From: Candidatus Hermodarchaeota archaeon
GTDB taxonomy: Archaea > Asgardarchaeota > Lokiarchaeia > Sigyniarchaeales > SOKP01
Direction of reading: 5' to 3'
Length of the DNA: 64,000 nt
Assembly: GCA_048885925.1 (NCBI GenBank)
Contig: JBHLLG010000010.1
Span: forward strand, 11,234 to 75,233
The notes beneath the pieces were generated by a model. It did no database searches. It worked only from the letters and a program-made list of their open reading frames with translations, and was not told the DNA's origin. A program made the position numbers and the translations under genes. Within the stretch, counting starts at the first letter, position 1. Each line of letters starts with the position of its first letter. Positions 39,716 through 49,984 of this stretch are shown here, piece by piece.

Positions 39716-40261
39716 ATGATAGATAATATGTCTATAGATAAATGGCTCTCTGAAAAAGATTTAAAAGAAGAAAAAATTAAAAGAGAGAGAGCTTTTAAGC
39801 GACTTACGAAGGAAGAAGTTCAGGAGTTAAAAAAAAAGAAAATTAGAGATATAGCCAAGAAGGAAGAACAAAAAAACAATCAAGATTCAGAAGATGAAAA
39901 ATTTTTACATAAGATTATTGAATTTAGAGAATGGTTAAACCAGAGAACTTATCTTAAAGGAGATATAGAGAAAATTGAAACATGGATAAAAAATTTGTAT
40001 TTAACAATTAAATTTGAGATTAAAGAAAAGCCAAATTCAATAGATTATGATGTAAAAAAGAAATTAATTGAAAAATATAAAGAAATTCCACCAAAATTTC
40101 TAGATGAAAAAACGAGAATAGCATTGAATAAAAGAATTCATGGAACAACAAGAACAAGCTCAGATAACTATTATTTAAGAAAATTAAAAAATAATATTTC
40201 AGAAAAACTCAAGGAAGCAAAATATTATGAAATTTTAGATAAATTATTTGAAATATTATAA
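39716..40261 (+). CDS. Hypothetical charged helical protein
   Basis: Long ORF filling the gap between genes; no recognisable motif. Confidence 0.6.
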   Translation: MIDNMSIDKWLSEKDLKEEKIKRERAFKRLTKEEVQELKKKKIRDIAKKEEQKNNQDSEDEKFLHKIIEFREWLNQRTYLKGDIEKIETWIKNLYLTIKFEIKEKPNSIDYDVKKKLIEKYKEIPPKFLDEKTRIALNKRIHGTTRTSSDNYYLRKLKNNISEKLKEAKYYEILDKLFEIL

Positions 40262-40348
40262 AACTCCGAGGAAAATTCAAAATACTTTTTATTTTATCAA
40301 TGTTTATATTTTTTATAGTAAAAATTAGACACCTCGTAAATCAAATAA

Positions 40349-41437
40349 ATGTGGCTCATTTGTCCTATTGCTGGTGTGGGTAAAAGACTTCAACCGTTCA
40401 CTTATTCTAAGCCAAAGGCTTTTTTGAAAATAGCGGGAAAGAGATTAATTGATCACATTTTAATAAAGTTAAAGAGCTCTTTTCCAAAGGGAACAAACAT
40501 ATGTTTTATTGTTGGTTATAAAAAGAGACATATAACTGAATATCTAAAGAAAAATCATTCAGATTTTTTTAACCTCCACTTTTTAGAACAAAAACCCCTA
40601 GGATACGAAGCAGATGCTCCATTCTTCAGTGGACTTGGTGACGCCGTATTACTAGCTAAAACTATTGTCGAAAATGATGACTGCTTTATATTTTTGAGCG
40701 ATAGATATCCACTAGAAGATTACTCACAAATTTTATTGAATTTTCATCAAGATATATGTGACGGAATTATAAATGTAAGACAAGTAGAAAATCCACAATT
40801 TTATGGTGTAATTGAATTAGATGAAAATGAAACTGTTAAAAGTATCATTGAAAAACCAGAAAAACCTAAATCTAATTATGCTGTATCGGGGGCATATCTA
40901 TTTGGCATGAGTATAACCCCAAGATTATTTGAGCTATTAGAAGATCAAAGTAAAATCCCTTTAGAAAATGGTCAAGAGCATACTATCACACCAATTATCC
41001 AACAGCTAATTGAAGAGGGTTTTAAATTCAAAATTAATGAAATGAAAAAAGATATATTAGATTTTGGTCGACCTGAAAGCTTAATAACAGGTAATCGTTT
41101 ATTATTAGAAGAAACTAAAATACAAGACCCAACTTATGAAAAAATGTATCAATCTGGTAACATCATTGATTCAAAAATAGTCCCTCCTGTTTTTATTGGG
41201 GAAAATACTAAAATTTTTAATTCAGTTATAGGTCCGAATGTATCTATTGGAGATGATGTAGTTTTAGAAAAATGCATTATATCGGAATCTGTAATTGGAG
41301 ATGAAGCAAATTTAAGTAAAATTATTTCCTCAGAGAGTATTGTTGGAGATTATACTATACTGGAAGATTTGATTAAGAAACGTATTACTATTGGAGATTC
41401 CTCGTATATTACTACTTCTAACATGAAATCATTTTAG
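40349..41437 (+). CDS. Sugar-1-phosphate nucleotidyltransferase (glucose-1-P thymidylyltransferase-like) with a left-handed beta-helix
   Basis: 'AGVGKRLQPFTYSKPK', 'EKP' and hexapeptide repeats at the C-terminus. Confidence 0.9.
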   Translation: MWLICPIAGVGKRLQPFTYSKPKAFLKIAGKRLIDHILIKLKSSFPKGTNICFIVGYKKRHITEYLKKNHSDFFNLHFLEQKPLGYEADAPFFSGLGDAVLLAKTIVENDDCFIFLSDRYPLEDYSQILLNFHQDICDGIINVRQVENPQFYGVIELDENETVKSIIEKPEKPKSNYAVSGAYLFGMSITPRLFELLEDQSKIPLENGQEHTITPIIQQLIEEGFKFKINEMKKDILDFGRPESLITGNRLLLEETKIQDPTYEKMYQSGNIIDSKIVPPVFIGENTKIFNSVIGPNVSIGDDVVLEKCIISESVIGDEANLSKIISSESIVGDYTILEDLIKKRITIGDSSYITTSNMKSF

Positions 41438-41554
41438 AAAAAAAGTAAGAAAATTCATATTTTTTGTTTTTAATAATTCTCCCGTAAATCATTTTTTAAG
41501 CACTATTTACAATAGGGGTAAATAGAACGTTAACTTAGGAATCTAAAAAGCATA

Positions 41555-42991
41555 CTAATGTTTATAATTGATTTTTGGTCTTTTATCTTGCCAAGGAGCA
41601 ACTTCTTCAAAGGCTTTTGAGACTTGAAAGACAAGTGCATCATCAAACCTTTTTCCTATTATTTGCATTCCAATTGGTAATCCCTCACTAGACCAACCAC
41701 ATGGAATAGATGCTGCCGGCAAACCTGTTAAATTAAATGCAGGTGTGAAAGCATACCATCCTGCATGCGATACTGCTTTTCCCTTTATCTTATCAACATG
41801 TACTTTACCTAGTTCAAATGCTGGGACTGCGGTAGTAGGAGTAATTAGAATATCATAATTTTTAAAAAACTTATACATTTCTTCATCTATTCCGAGTCTC
41901 TGATCCCATGCCATTTGGTAAGCAATTCCAGGAGTGGTTAATCCAATAGTAATTTGTTTTACAAAGCCGGGTGTAATTCTATCTCTCCATTCCTCTAATT
42001 TTTTACCATAATCATAAGCAGCACCAATGCATGCAAAAGAATAAAAAGCATTATTAACCTTTTTTAGCTCAACGTTTGCCTTCTCAGTAACCCAACCGAA
42101 TTGTTCTAATTTTCTGATCGATTCTAAAACAGCTTGCTCAACTTCATCTTCAATCACTTTCGTAACACCTAAGCTAAGTGAATATCCAATTTTTAATTTC
42201 GGTAGTTTAGATTTTATAGCTTCAGTATAATCAATGTTATCTTCTGGTAACGACTGTCTATCTGCACTATGGGGCCCTTTTAATACATTAAACATCAATG
42301 CAGCATCTTTTACAAATCTTGTAATTGGCCCATAATGATCTATTGTATAGAAGTTAGTTCCTCTTCTAGGATATTTAGGAATTTTTCCATAAGTTGATTT
42401 GAATCCAAAAACACCACATAGACAACTTGGAACTCTAATCGATCCACCTCCATCGGAACCTAGTGATAAGGGGCTTATTCCAGCTGCCGTAGCGGCTGCC
42501 GCACCACCTGATGAACCTCCAGATGTTCTTTCAATATTCCATGGATTCTTTGTTTCTCCAAAAACTAAATTATCTGTAATAGTTACATGACCAAATTCAG
42601 GAGTATTTGTTTTCCCTAAAAGAATAATTCCCGCTTTTTTCAATCTTTTTACCGCAACCTCATCCACTTCCGGGACAAAATTCTCATATAATTTTGATCC
42701 ATACGTAGTCCTTATTCCTTTTGTTAGCATAAGATCCTTAATACTAGTTGGGATTCCGTGTAGTAATCCCAATTTATCACCTCTTTTCACAGCCTTATCA
42801 GCTTCTTTAGCCATATCTCTAGCTAAGTCGAATGTTGTGGTGCAATAAGCGTTAATAATTGGATTAATCTTTTCAATTCTTTCGATTATTAGTTCAGTAA
42901 TTTCGATAGAAGATAATTCTTGTGTTTTGATTTTTTCTCCCATTTCGAAAGCCGACATATAACATATTTCTTCTTTATTCATTCTTAGCAT
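41555..42991 (-). CDS. Amidase signature family enzyme
   Basis: 'SIKD', 'GGSSGG' and 'GSDGGGSIRVP'. Confidence 0.92.
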   Translation of the reverse strand: MLRMNKEEICYMSAFEMGEKIKTQELSSIEITELIIERIEKINPIINAYCTTTFDLARDMAKEADKAVKRGDKLGLLHGIPTSIKDLMLTKGIRTTYGSKLYENFVPEVDEVAVKRLKKAGIILLGKTNTPEFGHVTITDNLVFGETKNPWNIERTSGGSSGGAAAATAAGISPLSLGSDGGGSIRVPSCLCGVFGFKSTYGKIPKYPRRGTNFYTIDHYGPITRFVKDAALMFNVLKGPHSADRQSLPEDNIDYTEAIKSKLPKLKIGYSLSLGVTKVIEDEVEQAVLESIRKLEQFGWVTEKANVELKKVNNAFYSFACIGAAYDYGKKLEEWRDRITPGFVKQITIGLTTPGIAYQMAWDQRLGIDEEMYKFFKNYDILITPTTAVPAFELGKVHVDKIKGKAVSHAGWYAFTPAFNLTGLPAASIPCGWSSEGLPIGMQIIGKRFDDALVFQVSKAFEEVAPWQDKRPKINYKH

Positions 42992-43122
42992 TTCCTTTTT
43001 TTATGTTTTAATATAAATAAATTTGATGAGATCTTATATAAAGCTCTATCAACAAATATTTAATCAAGATAGGAATATTATATCATATTTGGTAAAAGAA
43101 TGATAAGCATAGGCATAAATAA

Positions 43123-44769
43123 ATGCAAAAAATTCACCTAAAAAAACTAGAAAAATTTTGTGGTAGAGAAGGTCCACTTGTCTTAATAATAATGGATGGA
43201 ATAGGTCTTGGAAGAAAAGATCAAAGCAATGCTTTCTATTTAGCAGATACTCCATTTTTAGATAAGTTACAAAAAGAATGTCCTAAAAAGAAATTGTATA
43301 TAGAGTTAAAAGCTCATGGAACTGCTGTTGGTCTACCTACTGATGATGAGATGGGAAATAGCGAGGTTGGACATAATGCAATAGGTGCAGGTAATGTTAT
43401 CAAACAACGGGCAATGTTAGCAAAAGAAGCAATTCAATCAGAGAGGTTATTTAAATCCGAGAAATGGTTGGATTTAGCAAATGGTATTATTGATAATAAT
43501 AAAACGCTTCATTTTATAGGTCTATTATCGGACGGTTATGTACATAGTCATATTTCTCATCTAATTGGATTATTAAGGGGTGCTGCAGCCTCAAATATTA
43601 AAAAAGTAAGAATTCATACATTATTCGATGGAAGAGATGTTCCCCCTCAATCAGCTTTATTATATATCGAAGAATTAGAACAAGAATTAAATAAAATAAA
43701 TGCAGACGGAGTACATGATTACCGAATTGCCTCAGGTGGAGGAAGAATGCGTGTTACTATGGATAGATATAATTCAGATTGGCAGGTTGTTAAAAGGGGT
43801 TGGGAAGCTCACGTAGGGGGGATACCAGAAAAATTTCCTTCATATAAAGGGTATTTCCTATCTGCAATAGAAGCTATAAATCAAGCAAGAAGTATCGAGC
43901 TAGATATTATAGATCAATTTCTTCCATCTTTTGTTATAGTTAATGAAAAGAAAGATCCCATTGGTAAAATGGAAGAAGGTGATGGAGTTATATATTTTAA
44001 TTTCCGGGGAGATCGAGCCATTCAGATTTCAAGAGCCTTTGATGAAGAAAATTTTAATGAATTTAAGCGCGATTATTATCCTCACGTTCAATATTATGGA
44101 TTATTACAATATGATGACAAATTAAATATTCCTAAAAACTACTTTATCGAGCCTCCAAAAATAGATAATACTATTTCTGACTATTTATCTTTAGAAGGGA
44201 TAAGTCAGTTTGCGATTGCTGAGACTCATAAGTATGGTCATGTAACTTACTTTTGGCGGGGTAATAGAGATGTTAAAATTAAAGGAGAAGATTGCGTAGA
44301 AATTAAATCAGATCCTTCTGAAACCATAAAAGATCAACCAAAGATGAAAGCATATGAAGTAAGAGATGAATTGATTAAAGCTATTATCTCTGGTAAGTAT
44401 AAGTTTTTAAGAGTTAATTTTGCTAATGGGGATATGGTGGGTCATACAGGTGTTAAGAGTGCTGCTATGATCGCTGCAGAAACTGTTGATGAATGCGTAA
44501 ATGAAATAGTTAATACTGTTACAGCACTTAAAGGGATTGCAGTAGTTACAGCAGATCACGGAAATTTAGATGAGATGGAGGAGTTCAAAACAGCTCATAC
44601 TTTAAATCCTGTTATGTTTACTATAATAGACTCTGATTATAATAATGAATACATAATAAATGATAAGGTAAAAGACCCCGCTTTAGGGAATATTGCTGCT
44701 ACGATATTGAATTTATTAGGTTATCATAAACCAGAGAACTATTTAGATTCATTGATTAAATTTATCTAA
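43123..44769 (+). CDS. gpmI: 2,3-bisphosphoglycerate-independent phosphoglycerate mutase
   Basis: 'MGNSEVGH', 'DGRD', 'NFRGDRA', 'NGDMVGHTG' and 'TADHGN'. Confidence 0.95.
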   Translation: MQKIHLKKLEKFCGREGPLVLIIMDGIGLGRKDQSNAFYLADTPFLDKLQKECPKKKLYIELKAHGTAVGLPTDDEMGNSEVGHNAIGAGNVIKQRAMLAKEAIQSERLFKSEKWLDLANGIIDNNKTLHFIGLLSDGYVHSHISHLIGLLRGAAASNIKKVRIHTLFDGRDVPPQSALLYIEELEQELNKINADGVHDYRIASGGGRMRVTMDRYNSDWQVVKRGWEAHVGGIPEKFPSYKGYFLSAIEAINQARSIELDIIDQFLPSFVIVNEKKDPIGKMEEGDGVIYFNFRGDRAIQISRAFDEENFNEFKRDYYPHVQYYGLLQYDDKLNIPKNYFIEPPKIDNTISDYLSLEGISQFAIAETHKYGHVTYFWRGNRDVKIKGEDCVEIKSDPSETIKDQPKMKAYEVRDELIKAIISGKYKFLRVNFANGDMVGHTGVKSAAMIAAETVDECVNEIVNTVTALKGIAVVTADHGNLDEMEEFKTAHTLNPVMFTIIDSDYNNEYIINDKVKDPALGNIAATILNLLGYHKPENYLDSLIKFI

Positions 44770-44832
44770 ATTAGGTCATAGTAAAGATTATAAAATTAGG
44801 GAAAATTTCAATAAATATTTTTTTCCAAAATA

Positions 44833-46350
44833 TTAATAGACTTTCTTTTTAACATTTGGAGCTCCCTTGATGAATAAATTTTTACTGTTTTCCAACGAAC
44901 CATTATAGATGATTTTACTTTTTACCATTTCTTTAGGAGGATATTTTATACCTGGTGGATATGAACTATCTTTCCAACCTCCTAATGCTGTGCTAATATT
45001 GGCTTGCATAGGTTCAGAATTTATATATAAACTTCCTGCTTGTAATTCTTTAGAAAATCTTTCTATATTTTCAGATGGAGTGTAAACCACAGCTCTCATG
45101 CCATAATTAGAATGATTTGCAAGAAATATTGCATCATCAAGGCTCTCTGCTTTTGTAATACTTCTTACAGGACCAAATGCCTCTTCCCTCCATAAGAATG
45201 GAGCTTTATTAAACTCAAGAATATTTTCTCTAGGAATTTCTACTAAGGTTGGCTTATAAAATAATCCATAAGATTTTCCTGTATCAATTTTTTCTGCACC
45301 ACATAGGACTTTGACACCTTTATGCTTAATAGCTTCTCCAACCATAACTTCCATCATCATTAATATACGCCTAGAGCCAAGTGGCCCTAGATCAGTTGTA
45401 GGATCTCGAGGATCACCCATTTTCAATTTATCAATCTCTTTTAGGAGTAATTCAAGATATTCGTCATAAATATCTTTATGTACAATTATTCTTTTCATTG
45501 AGAAGCATTGTTGGCCTGAATTTGTGTAGGATGCAATTATATTCCATTTAGCGACCAATTCTAAATTTACACCTGGCATAACTATTCCTGCATCATTACC
45601 GGCACACTCGAATACAAAATTTTTAAAAGGTTGGGTTATCATATTAACACCTAGATACTTCTGAGTATTTTCTTTTAAAAAATCGGCATAATCAATTAAA
45701 ATCTGCTTTGCTGTATGAGATGCTGCCACACAAACAATGTTTTTAACTAAATTTGATTCAATAAATATTTTAGTTGCAAAATCACCTGGACTAATAACTA
45801 AATCATAAGCATCATTAAAGGGAAAATCGCTTTCTTTGATTCTGTCAATGCAAAATTTCATTGTTAATGGGCATGCAGTAGAAGGTTTTATTATAGCAGG
45901 ATTACCCGTCATAAAACTGGCTCCCCAGTAGTACATTGGGAGACTCATTGGTGTATTACGGGGAGTTATACCAATAGTTAATCCCATTGGTTGATATTTT
46001 AATAGAGATATTAGCCCACTTTCTAGATCACGTTGTTCCCTATCCTGTACTAAATCAATAAACCAATCGACATAACTATACCCTTTTTCAATTATGGAAA
46101 ATTCCCATTCAGAGTATTTAACGGGAAGCCCACCTTCATCAACTATGATATCTTTGATTTTTTTCTTGTTTTTTACCAAAACAGAAGCAATATCTTTTAT
46201 AACCTCAATTCTCTCTTCCATTGTAGTATTTAAAAGCTTATATTCCCATTGAGCTGTCCTTTTTATTTTTTCATTTATTGTTTCCACTGTATCAGCTTCA
46301 AGGGAATCTATCAACTCTCCAGTATATTTATTTAAAATATCCAATTTCAT
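44833..46350 (-). CDS. Aldehyde dehydrogenase family protein (divergent)
   Basis: 'ITPRN', 'IKPS', 'ECAGND', catalytic 'SGQQC' and 'EEAFGPV'. Confidence 0.88.
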   Translation of the reverse strand: MKLDILNKYTGELIDSLEADTVETINEKIKRTAQWEYKLLNTTMEERIEVIKDIASVLVKNKKKIKDIIVDEGGLPVKYSEWEFSIIEKGYSYVDWFIDLVQDREQRDLESGLISLLKYQPMGLTIGITPRNTPMSLPMYYWGASFMTGNPAIIKPSTACPLTMKFCIDRIKESDFPFNDAYDLVISPGDFATKIFIESNLVKNIVCVAASHTAKQILIDYADFLKENTQKYLGVNMITQPFKNFVFECAGNDAGIVMPGVNLELVAKWNIIASYTNSGQQCFSMKRIIVHKDIYDEYLELLLKEIDKLKMGDPRDPTTDLGPLGSRRILMMMEVMVGEAIKHKGVKVLCGAEKIDTGKSYGLFYKPTLVEIPRENILEFNKAPFLWREEAFGPVRSITKAESLDDAIFLANHSNYGMRAVVYTPSENIERFSKELQAGSLYINSEPMQANISTALGGWKDSSYPPGIKYPPKEMVKSKIIYNGSLENSKNLFIKGAPNVKKKVY

Positions 46351-47384
46351 AATATCATCCTAATTCCAATTTTTTTTTTATTTTTACCATTAGATTTTAT
46401 AAAATTCTGATACCACTCAACAGTATGACTTAGACCTTCTTTCAGAGGAGTGATGTGATATCCCAATTTTTCAATGGCACTTTTCGAAGAAAATGCCCAA
46501 TTATATTTCATTCCTATAATCATATCGGGAGTTATATAAGGTATTCTCTTTTTGAATAATTTTGCCTTAAATCTGCATAAGTGCCCATATATAACACCAG
46601 CCCACATTGGGAGGGTTCTAGGTTTTTTAGTTTCAGCTAATTCAGCAATTAAATTAATAAAATCTCTCATTTTTATATTTTCACCCCCTAATACGAAAGA
46701 TTGCCCCAATAAATCTTTTTTTTCAAGTACACTCACCATTCCTTCAATGACATCATCAATATATGTCATACAAAAGTAAGATTGACCTTTACTTGGTAAA
46801 CCTAAAAATTGTTCTGCTACAATATCGAATACCATCTCGCCATAAATATTAAAATCCCCAGGACCAAATATAAATCCTGGATAGAATATTATCGTTTTAA
46901 GACCTTTTTTAATATACTCCTTTATTTTTTCACGTCCCAGATATTTAGTTCTTTCATATTCATTTATAAAAAAATCAACATGAGGAAAATTTTCATTAGT
47001 CGGTTCCGTTGTTCCTTTAGGATTTGGTCCAAGTGCTCCAAAAGAACTCATATAAAAAAGAGTAACATCTTTTTCAATAGCAACTTTAGCAATATTTTCT
47101 GATCCTCTAACATTAATGTCATAAAAACTATTTTTATCTTTTGCCCATATTGAAACTTGTCCTGCTAGATGATAAATTAAATCGATGTTATTTATGGCAT
47201 TATGCAGACTATTAATCTCTCGAACATCTCCAATAACATATTCGATATTATTTAAATTTTGAAATGGTTCGATATTGCTACTTTCTCTTATTAATAATTT
47301 TAAGTTATGCCCTAAGCTGTGTAACCTTTCGACTAAAGGAATTCCTATAAAACCGGTGCCACCTGTTATTAAAATATTTGCCAT
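46347..47384 (-). CDS. NAD-dependent epimerase/dehydratase (HpnA/3-beta-HSD-like extended SDR)
   Basis: TGGTGFIG, HLA and YERTK; ATGA overlap with the ALDH gene. Confidence 0.88.
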   Translation of the reverse strand: MANILITGGTGFIGIPLVERLHSLGHNLKLLIRESSNIEPFQNLNNIEYVIGDVREINSLHNAINNIDLIYHLAGQVSIWAKDKNSFYDINVRGSENIAKVAIEKDVTLFYMSSFGALGPNPKGTTEPTNENFPHVDFFINEYERTKYLGREKIKEYIKKGLKTIIFYPGFIFGPGDFNIYGEMVFDIVAEQFLGLPSKGQSYFCMTYIDDVIEGMVSVLEKKDLLGQSFVLGGENIKMRDFINLIAELAETKKPRTLPMWAGVIYGHLCRFKAKLFKKRIPYITPDMIIGMKYNWAFSSKSAIEKLGYHITPLKEGLSHTVEWYQNFIKSNGKNKKKIGIRMIL

Positions 47385-47610
47385 AGGTCAAATGCTAAAA
47401 TATCAAAAACTAAATTTAAAATAATAAAAGGTTTCATTTTATTAAAGTAAGATCTTGCCGATTCTGAGGTTTTACATCTTTTAATATTAGGAATCTTCGG
47501 AATAATAATAATAAATTACCTTATCGATTTTAAACGATATTTATTAAAAAATCTCAATTATTATATCTTAGAACACCTATATTTTTAATTAAAAAGTTAA
47601 AGGCTATAGA

Positions 47611-48168
47611 TTGAAAAAGAAACAAAAGATTTTTGATAATTTTTATTCACAATTGGATTTACCATTTTTAGAGACAGATGAAGCATTTCTAAATGACATT
47701 TTCGAAACGCTCAGAGCTAATTTTAATTTAGGTAAAAGGTCTAATCAAAAATTTATAGATTTAGGTTCGGGGAATGGAAGCGTTGTAATCTATGCCGCAT
47801 TAAATTACAATATCAAATCCTATGGTATTGAAATTAATCAAAATTTAATTAAAGAAGCAAAAAATCGCAAAAAATCATTGAATAAAGAAGGTTTATATGA
47901 AAAGGGGATTTTTACGAAAATTAAATTTAGATTAGGAGATTTTTTTTCATATAACTTAAAAAAATATGATTTCATCTACATTTATTCACTACCCCCTATG
48001 CAAAAATATCTCAGACATTTATTTAACACGGCAAAAAAAGGAGCAGTTATTATTTCACATAAATATAAACTTGAAGATTTTGACCTTTATTTAAAATGTG
48101 AATATGAATTGACCCATGATAAAAAAAAAGATGTAGTTTTTACGTTTTTTTATAAAAAAATTGCATGA
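47611..48168 (+). CDS. Class I SAM-dependent methyltransferase (DOT1/FAM173-like)
   Basis: 'PFLET', 'FIDLGSGNG', 'GIEIN', 'GDFF' and 'GAVIISH'. Confidence 0.8.
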   Translation: MKKKQKIFDNFYSQLDLPFLETDEAFLNDIFETLRANFNLGKRSNQKFIDLGSGNGSVVIYAALNYNIKSYGIEINQNLIKEAKNRKKSLNKEGLYEKGIFTKIKFRLGDFFSYNLKKYDFIYIYSLPPMQKYLRHLFNTAKKGAVIISHKYKLEDFDLYLKCEYELTHDKKKDVVFTFFYKKIA

Positions 48169-48332
48169 GAGAGTACGTAGCTATTATTGAATATAAATCA
48201 TTATTATTTTGAATAATGATACTTTGGCTTTTGATATATCACTAAAAAATATATTTTTAAATAAAATCAAAATAAATTAATATATAATTCCGTAAGCGAA
48301 TTTTTTTTTTAACTTAAAGGTGGAATATTGTA

Positions 48333-49034
48333 ATGGCAATTGTTTTCGAAGGTTTGTTGGAAGGATTAACTGCTTCTCTAATAGTTTTTTCCTCAGTTAT
48401 TTTTGGATTGTTTACTCTCTATAAGTCAATAAAATTAAAAGCAAAATTACTTACAATAGCAGGTATCGTCATGATATTCGTTGGTTTTCTATGGCTTGGT
48501 CCTACTATTGATTTTTTCTTAAAATTAATCACAAATGAAAATATTGAACCAAGAAATATTTATGTGCTTCTGAGTTATACATCGGTAGCGCCAGCTTTAT
48601 TTTTTTCTATGTATCTAGGTGGTGAACTAGTAATACCTAAATATAAATGGTTGCTTGTAGGAATTTTTATAGTTTTAGGTGGAATATTTGAATATTTTCT
48701 TTATTTTGATACTGTAAACTCTTTTGAATATATAGATGTTCAAATAACTGATGGTTTGATTGATGCGAGTTTCAATAGAGGACATCCAACATTTATTATG
48801 GTAGCTGTATTTTTAGTATCTGCATTAGTATTCTTGGGAATAGGAATGGCAATAAAAGCAAAACAAGCTACAGGAACATTGAGAAGAAAGTTTACTTATT
48901 TATCGATTGGTTTTATAATTTTTGTCATATGTGGAGCTTTAGATTCGATTCTTCCAGTTGGAATCTTTCTTGGAGTAGTAAGAGTGGTGATGGCAACATT
49001 TTCTATATGGATGTGGCTCGGCTTAAAGACCTAA
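48333..49034 (+). CDS. 7-TM membrane protein
   Basis: Seven hydrophobic segments and no soluble output domain. Confidence 0.75.
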   Translation: MAIVFEGLLEGLTASLIVFSSVIFGLFTLYKSIKLKAKLLTIAGIVMIFVGFLWLGPTIDFFLKLITNENIEPRNIYVLLSYTSVAPALFFSMYLGGELVIPKYKWLLVGIFIVLGGIFEYFLYFDTVNSFEYIDVQITDGLIDASFNRGHPTFIMVAVFLVSALVFLGIGMAIKAKQATGTLRRKFTYLSIGFIIFVICGALDSILPVGIFLGVVRVVMATFSIWMWLGLKT

Positions 49035-49127
49035 ACATTTGTTTGGCAGGATAAGTTGATGGGTTTAAAAAATACCCTCATAATATTTTTTTTTTATTTC
49101 TTTTGGATAATCTATTCAAAATGACTA

Positions 49128-49487
49128 TTAGGATTTAGTAAGTTGAGTTACAGTTTTTTTTAAGTATAGCTTCATGAAATATCTTTGATTAGCACAGAAA
49201 TTAAGTTTCTGCGAGTTAGTTAGATCTTGACAATTGGATAATATTAAATGAATATCATTTGAAATAGCTAAATATTCATTTTTTGATTTATTTAAGTCAT
49301 ATTGAGATGCAGAAAAGGAGTTATTATTAATTTCATTAAGAGATTTTTCATTATTCTCATTAATATTTTCATTGAATAAGGTATTTTTATATTCAATAAG
49401 AGTAGAAATTAATAGATTTGAAATAAAATTGAATGATTCTTTTGAATTTATATGCTCAAATAACTCCGAGGCTAATTCAGAAATCAC
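49128..49487 (-). CDS. Hypothetical protein (frame stays open to 49607)
   Basis: Asn-rich ORF without motifs; start uncertain. Confidence 0.4.
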   Translation of the reverse strand: MISELASELFEHINSKESFNFISNLLISTLIEYKNTLFNENINENNEKSLNEINNNSFSASQYDLNKSKNEYLAISNDIHLILSNCQDLTNSQKLNFCANQRYFMKLYLKKTVTQLTKS

Positions 49488-49984
49488 ATTATTATGTAAG
49501 TTTTGATATTCACTCTTATTGAAATCGTTCAGTTCTAATAAAGTTGGGTTTTTTTCCGCAGAGATTTCAGAGAAAGGTTTGATATTAAATCCTTTTGAAA
49601 TTATCTTTCATCTCGGAGATAGTTCAATTTATAAAAAGTAAAATCAATTTTGTATTTAAAAAAAAAGCCTCTCTGAATTTAGTGGAAATTTAAGCAGTTA
49701 TTTGTTGTAATAACTCAAAATGAAAAATGTACATGAAATAACTATTCTTTTAAAATAGTTTTATAGATTCTGAGAATTTATTATTATTAATTTTATAAAA
49801 ACAAATAAGTACTTATTCTATAAAAGTAGTGAATAATTATGTTTATTTTTCCAACAATTTTTCTAATTTTTGGGATTCTCAGTATGCTATTCTTCCCAAT
49901 AAATAAAGAAAAGTATGATAAAATAACAGAAGAGGCTAGAAAATTACATTCCGAGAAAAAAGAAAGAGTAAAATCTATCTAAAT

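Noticed and set aside
41555-42991. Amidase as GatA
   Set aside because: No gatB or gatC is adjacent and I see no GatA-specific features, so it is kept as a generic amidase.
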